Of a DNA stretch of 36,805 nucleotides, positions 27,389 through 34,484 are shown in pieces. The position numbers were made by a program, and so were the translations under genes. The DNA comes from Chloroflexota bacterium (GTDB lineage Bacteria > Chloroflexota > Limnocylindria > P2-11E). Where the stretch lies: positions 1 through 36,805 of the forward strand of contig JANMWW010000093.1 in the NCBI GenBank assembly GCA_031394155.1, in the 5' to 3' direction. How positions within the stretch are numbered: the first letter of the stretch is position 1; each line of letters starts with the position of its first letter. Under the pieces are notes generated by a model, which saw only the letters and a list, made by a program, of their open reading frames with translations, had not been told where the DNA came from and did not search any database.

Positions 27389-28968
27389 GCGTCTCCAAAG
27401 TCGCGGCCCTGCCGGAGGAACCGGCCAGCGCGTTCGGAGGTGGTCTCACCCGCGTCGATGGCGAGCGCCCCGTTCACGACCACGTGCTCGATCCCCACGG
27501 GATATCGGTGCGGGTCGTCGTAGGTCGCGACATCCGCGACGCGGGCCGGGTCGAAGACCACGAGGTCCGCCCACGCGCCGACGCGGATCTCGCCGCGGTC
27601 GCGGACACGCAGATGCCGCGCCGTGAGCGAGGTCATCTTTCGCACCGCGTCCTCGAGCGTGAGGACCTTCTCATCGCGCGCGTACTTCCCGAGAACGCGC
27701 GGAAAGGTCCCGTACGAGCGCGGGTGCGGCTTGCCGAACGCCAGCGGCCCGGAGGGCGCGTTCGCGCGCGAGTCGCTGCCGATCGCGATCCAGGACTGCG
27801 ACATCACGAACCGCACGTCGTCCTCGTCCATCGAGTGGTGGATGATGTCGACCGCACCTTCGTGCTCGACGAGCGTGTCGCAGGTCCACTCGAGCGGGTC
27901 CTTCCCCGCTTCGTTCGCCAGGTCAGCCACGCTGCGTCCGCTGTACTCCGGGTGATGCCGCGCCAGCGCGATCACGATGCGGTCCCACGCACGGCCGGTC
28001 TCGGTGTCCTCGCCGCGGATACGCGCGCGGACCGCCCTGTCGCGGAGGCGCTCGGTGAGCTTCGCCGATCCGCCCTCGTGCGCCCAGTTGGGGATCGTGA
28101 CCGCAAGCCCGGTGGACGACGCGGTGTACGGGTACTGGTCCGCCTGCACGTCGACCCCCGCGCGCCTGGCTTCCTCGATCTTGGCGACCGACTCCTTCAC
28201 CTTGCCCCAGTTCTTCCGGCCCGAGGCCTTGTGATGCGAGAGCTGCACGCGCACCTTCGAGCGGCGGCCGATCTCAAGGTTCTCCTCGACCGCGTCCAGC
28301 AGCTTCGCGCCCTCGTCGCGGATGTGGCTCGCATACAGACCGCCGCGCGAGCGCACGATCTCGCACAGCGCTGTCAGCTCATCGGTGTTGCCGTACGCGC
28401 TCGGTGGATAGATCAGGCCCGACGCCAAGCCGATCGCGCCTTCGTCCATAGCGCGCCCGAGCAGCCCGCGCATCTCTGCGAGCTCGGCGGCCGTCGGCGG
28501 GCGGGCCTGGGCGCCCATGACGCACATGCGCAGCGTCCCGTGACCGACGAACGAGCAGATATTTATTGCCGCGCCGTTGTCCTCGACAGCGCCGGTGTAC
28601 TCGTAGAAGGACGACCAGGTGCGCGTGATGCCGAGCCGCTCATACTCCTTGTCCGCCTCTTCCGCCGCCAGGCCGTGAGCCGGGGCGGACGATCCGCCGC
28701 AGTTCCCGCACACCACCAACGTCACGCCCTGGTGGAGCGCGCTCTCCATCGCTGAGTTCACGAGCATCGACTCATCGGAGTGCGAGTGGATGTCGATGAA
28801 CCCCGGTGACACCACCATGTCGCGTGCGTCGATCATGCGCATCGCCCGGCGGCCGGTGAACGCACCGACGTCGGTGATCCTGCCACTCGTGACCGCGACG
28901 TCGGCGCGCACGCCCGGCGTGCCCGTGCCGTCGATCACGGTCCCGCCGCGTATCAGGAGATCGGTCAC
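27385..28968 (-). CDS. N-acyl-D-amino-acid deacylase (D-aminoacylase, amidohydrolase superfamily)
   Basis: LLIRGGTVIDGTG, PGFIDIHSHSD, GTFPRVLGKYAR, ADLVVFDP and VVVNG are present. GTG at 28968 overlaps the upstream stop (GTGA). Confidence 0.88.
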   Translation of the reverse strand: MTDLLIRGGTVIDGTGTPGVRADVAVTSGRITDVGAFTGRRAMRMIDARDMVVSPGFIDIHSHSDESMLVNSAMESALHQGVTLVVCGNCGGSSAPAHGLAAEEADKEYERLGITRTWSSFYEYTGAVEDNGAAINICSFVGHGTLRMCVMGAQARPPTAAELAEMRGLLGRAMDEGAIGLASGLIYPPSAYGNTDELTALCEIVRSRGGLYASHIRDEGAKLLDAVEENLEIGRRSKVRVQLSHHKASGRKNWGKVKESVAKIEEARRAGVDVQADQYPYTASSTGLAVTIPNWAHEGGSAKLTERLRDRAVRARIRGEDTETGRAWDRIVIALARHHPEYSGRSVADLANEAGKDPLEWTCDTLVEHEGAVDIIHHSMDEDDVRFVMSQSWIAIGSDSRANAPSGPLAFGKPHPRSYGTFPRVLGKYARDEKVLTLEDAVRKMTSLTARHLRVRDRGEIRVGAWADLVVFDPARVADVATYDDPHRYPVGIEHVVVNGALAIDAGETTSERAGRFLRQGRDFGDA

Positions 28969-29789
28969 CGCCTCCGGCGCTCCGGCCTCGCGCCACGCTC
29001 CTTGCGCCGCGCGACGACCAACAGATGCGGCGACGTCGCGTCGACCGGAGACCCGTCGTAGTCACCGTGCAGCGAGTCGAGCTCGAATCCCGCCGCCGGG
29101 AACAGCAGCTCCGCCTCCCGCCGATAGAGGAAGTGAAGCGTCGCCTCTCGGCCGAGCTGCCGGATCTCACCGCCCTCGAGCTCTTCCTCGAACCACCAGC
29201 GGAAGTGCGTCGCGTCGACATCGGAGCGGGTGCTCGAGAACTTGGTGACGAACCTGCCCGTCTCGGGATCGCGGCGGCGCCACTCCTCGCGCACGCCCCC
29301 GTCGACGCCCGCGATCTTGTTCGGGTCCGGCTGGAAGACGTCGAGGGCGAGGCGGCCGGCGGGCGCGAGGTGCTCGCGGCAGCGCGCGAGACACGCCCAG
29401 CGATCGTCCGGCGACAGCATGAGGAACGTGTTGAACGGGATCGTGATGAGCGCGAACGCGCGATCGAGCGAGAAGGTACGCATATCCGACTCGACCAGAC
29501 GGACGCTGACGCGTGCGCGACGCGTATGCGCCTCCGCCCGCGTGAGCATCGCCTCTGAGCGGTCGATGCCCACGACCTCGTGCCCGTCCTTCGCAAGCGG
29601 AATGGCCACGCGTCCCGTGCCGACCCCGAGCTCCAAGATGGGACCACCGGTCATGCGCGCGAGGCCGCGGAACCAGTCGATGGCGGGATACTCGCCGTGC
29701 GGTGTGTCGAGGTCGTAGAGCGCCGCGAGGCGCTCGGATTCGGCAGCCGGCCGATCTTCGCCGCCGAACCAATCAATGGCGGGATCCAT
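28965..29789 (-). CDS. Class I SAM-dependent methyltransferase
   Basis: Motif I ILELGVGTGR is followed by VVGIDRS and then LAPAGRLALDV. The length is 274 aa. Confidence 0.8.
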   Translation of the reverse strand: MDPAIDWFGGEDRPAAESERLAALYDLDTPHGEYPAIDWFRGLARMTGGPILELGVGTGRVAIPLAKDGHEVVGIDRSEAMLTRAEAHTRRARVSVRLVESDMRTFSLDRAFALITIPFNTFLMLSPDDRWACLARCREHLAPAGRLALDVFQPDPNKIAGVDGGVREEWRRRDPETGRFVTKFSSTRSDVDATHFRWWFEEELEGGEIRQLGREATLHFLYRREAELLFPAAGFELDSLHGDYDGSPVDATSPHLLVVARRKERGARPERRRR

Positions 29790-30945
29790 CGAACGCCTCC
29801 TTCGCCTTCGTGACCAAGCCGGGATCCGTCAGCACGTCGATCGCGGTCATCGCGAGCGCCTTCGCCGCGAAGCACATCGTCTCCTGCGCTTTGGGCGTCG
29901 CAGCGGCCGCTGCGAACTCGGTCGAGTGCCCCGGCACGGGGCCGTCGGTGATCGAGAGGAACGGGTGGATGCCGGGCACGATCGTGGTGACGTTGCCCAT
30001 GTCCGTCGAGCCATGCGTATCGCCGGGCCGCCGCGTGTTCATCACCCGGCCCAGCGAGCGCGCGTTCTTTGTGAACGCCTCGGCCAACGGCCGATTCGTG
30101 GAGACGAGGTCGCACGCATCGCCCCACTCGAACTTCAGCTCGCAGCCGGTCTGCATCGCCGCGCCCTCGAAACACGCGATCACGCGACGCTGGAGCTCCT
30201 TCAGATAGGCGTTGTCCGGCGAGCGGACCATGAACCGCGCGGCTGCGCGGTCGGGGATGATGTTCGCCGCCTTCCCGCCGTCGGTGATGATCCCGTGGAA
30301 GCGCGAGTCGCTTCTGATCGTGAGGCGAAGCGCCGACAGCGCGGTCCATCCGAGCAGCAGCGCGTCGAGCGCATTCAGTCCCTCGTGCGGCTCCGCCGCC
30401 GCATGGGCGGCCTTGCCTCGGAACTCCACGTCGAGCGAGACGAGCGCGAGCATGAGCGGGTCGATCTCATCCCGATCGCCAGGGTGATACATGAGCGCGG
30501 CATCGACATCGCGGAACAGGCCGTCGCGGATCAGAAAGTTCTTGCCGTTGCCCCGCTCCTCCGCCGGGCATCCGAGCACGCGCACGCGACCGTGCAGCTC
30601 GTCCGCGATGTCGCGCAGCGCGAGGAACGCGCCGATCGCCGCCGTGCCCATCAGGTTGTGCCCGCAGGCATGACCGACCCCCGGCAGCGCGTCGTACTCG
30701 CCGAGGATGGCGACGAATGGATGACCCTTCCCGAACTCAGCGGTGAACGCGGTCTCCAGGCCGCCGGCGGAGCGATTCACCTCGACGCCTTCCGCCGCGA
30801 GCGCGCCCGCGAGCAGGGTCGCGGCGGTGCGCTCCTCGAACGCGAGCTCGGGGTGCGCGTGGATCCGCAGCGACAGCTCCTCGAGCGTCGCCCGCCGCGC
30901 GTCGACGCGCTCGTTGACGCGCACTTTGAGCGCAGCCGCATTCAT
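29773..30945 (-). CDS. M20-family amidohydrolase (AbgB/aminoacylase-like)
   Basis: IHAHPELAFEE and PGVGHACGHNLMG are present within a roughly 390-aa M20D-like layout. The 3' end overlaps the next start by 17 nt. Confidence 0.85.
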   Translation of the reverse strand: MNAAALKVRVNERVDARRATLEELSLRIHAHPELAFEERTAATLLAGALAAEGVEVNRSAGGLETAFTAEFGKGHPFVAILGEYDALPGVGHACGHNLMGTAAIGAFLALRDIADELHGRVRVLGCPAEERGNGKNFLIRDGLFRDVDAALMYHPGDRDEIDPLMLALVSLDVEFRGKAAHAAAEPHEGLNALDALLLGWTALSALRLTIRSDSRFHGIITDGGKAANIIPDRAAARFMVRSPDNAYLKELQRRVIACFEGAAMQTGCELKFEWGDACDLVSTNRPLAEAFTKNARSLGRVMNTRRPGDTHGSTDMGNVTTIVPGIHPFLSITDGPVPGHSTEFAAAAATPKAQETMCFAAKALAMTAIDVLTDPGLVTKAKEAFDGSRH

Positions 30946-30958
30946 CGGTGCGCCGAGG

Positions 30959-31321
30959 TTAGCGCGAGGAGTGCGGGCGCGCCGAAAGCACGGCCTCCGC
31001 GACCACGAAGGTCGCGACGACGAACAGCGCGGTGATGACGGAGAGCCCGTCGAGCGCGCGCAGCCAGAGCAGCAGCGCCACCGCCGCGGCGATCTCCATC
31101 CCGCGCCGTGCGGCGGCCGCGACCCGACCTTCGGGAACGCGGCGGCGACCGCCGCCTGCCCGGCGGAGCTGCACCAGCGTCGCCGCGCCGCCAGCAGCGC
31201 CGCCCGCAGCCAGGATCACGACGGCGACAGCCCACGGCTCCTCTGGATCTCGCATGAGCAGAGCGGCGGCGGCGACCAGCAGGCACGCGATGACGAAGAT
31301 CCCGAGGCCACGTTGCGCCAC
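30959..31321 (-). CDS. Small hydrophobic membrane protein, hypothetical
   Basis: GTG at 31321 lies 3 nt after the rmuC stop. Three to four predicted TM helices are present (GIFVIACLLVAAAALL, WAVAVVILAAGGAAGGAA, IAAAVALLLWL, VITALFVVATFVVAEAVL). I do not recognise a family. Confidence 0.5.
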   Translation of the reverse strand: MAQRGLGIFVIACLLVAAAALLMRDPEEPWAVAVVILAAGGAAGGAATLVQLRRAGGGRRRVPEGRVAAAARRGMEIAAAVALLLWLRALDGLSVITALFVVATFVVAEAVLSARPHSSR

Positions 31322-31324
31322 CAG

Positions 31325-32413
31325 CTAGGGCTCGTCCTCGGGGAGACCGAGCGGGAGCACGCTCTGCTCGCTGCCCGCGGCGATCGGCACCTGGGCCAGA
31401 CCCTCGATCGCACCCGATGCTCGCGCGAGCGCACGCTCGGTCTCGTCGAACTTCTTCGTCGCGTTGTCGAGGTGCTTGCCCAGCTGATCGTGCAGCTCGA
31501 CGAAGCGCTCGAATTCCCTTCGCACCTGCGCGATCCCCTGCTGGAGATCGCGCGTCCGCTCCTGCATCGCGAGACCGCGAATGCCGAGCGCCACGACCTG
31601 GAGATACGCCAGCAGCGTGTTCGGCGACGCCGGGATCACGTGATGCGCCGCGCAGTACGCGAGGATGTCCGGCTCATCGGGCGACGCATCGTGAACCGTC
31701 AGCTCGTAGTAGATCGCTTCCGACGGCAGATACATGAACGCGTAATCGATGGTTCCATCCTGCGGCGAGACGTACCGGCCGACCGAGTCGACATGACGGC
31801 GCACCTGCTGCAGGAACGATCGGCGGCGGGACCGTCGATCGGCATCATCGCGGGCACCCGCGATCTGCGTGTACGACTCGGACGGGAACGTTGAATCGAT
31901 CGGCACGATACGCGTGCCGTAGCGGACGATCGCGTCGACGCGCGAGCCGTCGCGATACGTGTACTGGACCGAATAGGCGGTGGCCGGAAGGCAGTCCTGC
32001 AAGAGGCGCTCGAGCATGAGCTCGCCGAATCCGCCACGCGCCTTTGGCGCGCGAAGCAGGTCCTGCAGCGAACCGATGTCTTTCGCCAGATCGCCGACGC
32101 GGGCGCTCTGTTCGCTCAAGGTCCCGAGCTGCCGAGAAAGATCGGTGAGGGAACGTTGCGTCGCGCCCGTCTGTGTGACGAACTGCTGCTCCGTCGCGCC
32201 GAGCGTCCGCTGCACCTCCACCCGGAGCTCGCTCATCGCGCCGGCGTTCGCCGCGCGCATCTCCTCGATGCTTCGCTGGAGCACTTGCAGCGCAGGCGCG
32301 ATATCCGCCTGCGGGGCGGATGCGGGCGCCACCGCCGGTCTGCGCACGAAGAGGACAGCCGCGACCGCCAGCAGCGCCGCTGCAAGGAGGACGACCGCCA
32401 CGCCTAGGTCCAT
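31325..32413 (-). CDS. rmuC: DNA recombination protein RmuC
   Basis: An N-terminal TM helix and a long coiled coil are followed by APKARGGFGELMLERLL, PIDSTFP, YAFMYLPSE and PNTLLAYL, which match the RmuC nuclease-like domain. Confidence 0.88.
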   Translation of the reverse strand: MDLGVAVVLLAAALLAVAAVLFVRRPAVAPASAPQADIAPALQVLQRSIEEMRAANAGAMSELRVEVQRTLGATEQQFVTQTGATQRSLTDLSRQLGTLSEQSARVGDLAKDIGSLQDLLRAPKARGGFGELMLERLLQDCLPATAYSVQYTYRDGSRVDAIVRYGTRIVPIDSTFPSESYTQIAGARDDADRRSRRRSFLQQVRRHVDSVGRYVSPQDGTIDYAFMYLPSEAIYYELTVHDASPDEPDILAYCAAHHVIPASPNTLLAYLQVVALGIRGLAMQERTRDLQQGIAQVRREFERFVELHDQLGKHLDNATKKFDETERALARASGAIEGLAQVPIAAGSEQSVLPLGLPEDEP

Positions 32414-32514
32414 CGGAACATCCGTTCTAGTCTACGGGGCGCGCATTGATCGGGCCACCCAGACGTGTGCGGGGCCACGTCGTGCTCGGGCCGGTGGGTG
32501 TACAACGCCACCTC

Positions 32515-33759
32515 ATGGCCACGACCCCGCTCCGCCCGCTGACTCTTCGGGAGAGCGTCGTCTTCTCGTCGGGAGCGTTCGGATCGAACGTCGTCTACGC
32601 GTTCCTCAATCTGGCGGCCGGCCTCTACCTCGGTCGCTACCCCGAGGTCCCGACCTGGGCCGTGGGACTGCTGTCACAGGAGCGCTCCCTGGCCGGTTCG
32701 GTCGTGCAACCAATAGTGGGTGCGTGGTCGGACCGAACGCGAACGCGCATCGGCCGACGCAAGCCGTTCATCATCGGCGGGGTCGCGCTCACTGCCGCAT
32801 CCCTGCTCTTCCTCGCAGGCTACCCGCCGATCGTCCCGATGCTGATCGTCCTCTCGATCAACGCGTTCTTCCTGAACGTCGCAGTCGACCCATACACCGC
32901 GCTCATGGCTGACCTCGTCCCCCTCGAACAGCGCGCCAAGGTGGGAGCCATCCAAGCGGTCCTCAACATGCTCGGCCAGGTCGTCGCGACGCTCGCGATG
33001 CTCTTCTTCTGGGACCGCGAGCCGGCCTTGGTGTTCGTGATCGTCTCGGTCGTGCTCGTGCTCTCTTTCGCGGTCACGACGGTGTTCGTGAAGGAGCCGC
33101 CGCTACCCGACCTGCCCACGGAGAAGGTGGAGCGCGTTCGATTCGATGTCGGCGGCTACGTGCGCGGCATCCTCGGGCAGCGAGAACTCATGAAGTACGT
33201 CTTCGCCGCGTCGCTCTTCTGGCTGGGGACCGGCGGCGTACTTCCCTACCTCACACGGTTCGGCGTCCACGTGCTCGGCCTGAGCGAGGGCCAGGCCTCG
33301 CAGCTCTTCCTGCCCGCGCTGGGCGGCACGATCCTCGGGGCGATCGCGGCCGGATATCTCGCCAGCCGCCGCGGGAAGAAGCCGGTGATCGCCGCCGGCA
33401 TGCTGGCCTTCGGACTCATCGCCCTGGTGGGCTCTCAGGTCGAGACGACCCCGCAGGCGCTCGTCGTGATGTTCTTTGTCGGGATCGCCAATGGCTTCTG
33501 GACGGCGCTGGCGATCCCGCTGCTGGTCGATCTCGTGCCGCCCGCTCGGGCCGCCGAGGTGGTCGGTCTGGGCTCCGCTGTCTGGTCGCTGGCGCAGCCG
33601 ATCGGCGCCGTCGTCGCCGGAGTGCTGATCGACAGTCTCGGTACTTATCGCGTCTCGCTGGTCGGGGCCGCGGTCTTCGTTCTCCTCGGTTTCCTGATGA
33701 TGCTCACCGTGCACCCGGAGCGGGCTGTCCTTGTGCAAAGGCAAGCAGCTACGGTCTAG
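32515..33759 (+). CDS. MFS transporter (GPH / sugar-cation symporter-like)
   Basis: There are about 12 TM helices, and GAWSDRTRTRIGRRKPFI matches the loop 2-3 motif typical of GPH/SLC45-like MFS proteins. The start is ATG at 32515 (MATTPLRPL). Confidence 0.85.
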   Translation: MATTPLRPLTLRESVVFSSGAFGSNVVYAFLNLAAGLYLGRYPEVPTWAVGLLSQERSLAGSVVQPIVGAWSDRTRTRIGRRKPFIIGGVALTAASLLFLAGYPPIVPMLIVLSINAFFLNVAVDPYTALMADLVPLEQRAKVGAIQAVLNMLGQVVATLAMLFFWDREPALVFVIVSVVLVLSFAVTTVFVKEPPLPDLPTEKVERVRFDVGGYVRGILGQRELMKYVFAASLFWLGTGGVLPYLTRFGVHVLGLSEGQASQLFLPALGGTILGAIAAGYLASRRGKKPVIAAGMLAFGLIALVGSQVETTPQALVVMFFVGIANGFWTALAIPLLVDLVPPARAAEVVGLGSAVWSLAQPIGAVVAGVLIDSLGTYRVSLVGAAVFVLLGFLMMLTVHPERAVLVQRQAATV

Positions 33760-33843
33760 GTCCCTGTGCGGAACCAACGACTCTCCCAGTTGTATCGGAT
33801 GCAGTGGCCGGGCCGAGCCACGAGTACGACACGGAGGAACGAC

Positions 33844-34368
33844 ATGTCACGGCGTCTGGCGATCGCGATCCTCACAGCTCTCGCTCTCGTCGCGTTCTCG
33901 GTCCCCGCGCTCGCGAAGGAGGGCGCGGTCACGAAGTTCGATGCACTCCCCACTGACTGGCACGCCGGCCAGGTCTACAGCCTCGGCTATCTGATCAAGA
34001 TGGACGGCGTGGAGCCGTACAAGGCGGACCGCACCGAAATCATCGCCAACAGCCTCGATGGCAAGACGAGCCTGACCTTCCCAGGCGTCGGAGATGCAAC
34101 ACCGGGCCATTACACCGCGCAGGTCACTTTCCCCGCCGTCGGGACCTATCGGTGGAAGGTGACGCAGGGTTCGTTCTTCGCTCCGTTCGACATGGGCTCG
34201 ATCAGCGTGCTGCCCGCGCTCGCGAGCACCGCGACCTCGAGCTCCCCCGCGGCACCCGCGGGTGAGCCGCTCCGCGACGCGATCCCCTTCGCTGCTGCCG
34301 GTGCAGCGATCTTCATGGCACTCATGCTCGCGCGTACGCAACGACGCCGCCTCATCCGCACCGCCTGA
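33844..34368 (+). CDS. Secreted beta-rich protein with C-terminal TM anchor, hypothetical
   Basis: GGAGG lies 5 nt upstream of ATG 33844. The signal peptide is MSRRLAIAILTALALVAFSVPALA|KE. A domain of about 100 aa and an S/T/A/P linker follow. The C-terminal helix AAAGAAIFMALMLA is followed by RTQRRRLIR. Confidence 0.7.
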   Translation: MSRRLAIAILTALALVAFSVPALAKEGAVTKFDALPTDWHAGQVYSLGYLIKMDGVEPYKADRTEIIANSLDGKTSLTFPGVGDATPGHYTAQVTFPAVGTYRWKVTQGSFFAPFDMGSISVLPALASTATSSSPAAPAGEPLRDAIPFAAAGAAIFMALMLARTQRRRLIRTA

Positions 34369-34384
34369 CCGCTCGACGGATCCG

Positions 34385-34430
34385 GAAGCCCCGCGGCTGA
34401 CCTTCTCGGCCGCGGGGCTTCATCTATTCA
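34385..34430 (+). terminator. Intrinsic terminator between convergent genes
   Basis: GAAGCCCCGCGGC (34385..34397), an 11-nt loop and GCCGCGGGGCTTC (34409..34421) form a perfect 13-bp stem. It is followed by ATCTATTC on the plus strand. Confidence 0.55.
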
Positions 34431-34484
34431 GATCAGACGGCTCTGCTACCGTTTTCGGTCGCTGTATCTGTGCAGAGACGGAGC

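Noticed and set aside
27196-28755. Long antisense or off-frame ORFs throughout the window. Examples are 27196..28755 (+), 29776..31035 (+), 21587..22909 (+), 25059..26108 (+), 23538..24620 (+), 14281..15252 (+), 16025..16972 (+), 34470..35522 (+), 8580..9572 (-), 12170..13012 (-), 28772..29647 (-) and 5300..6013 (-).
   Set aside because: These are typical high-GC shadow ORFs. Their translations are dominated by Arg, Ala, Pro and Gly with no recognisable motifs. Each overlaps a gene with clear family signatures in another frame or on the other strand.
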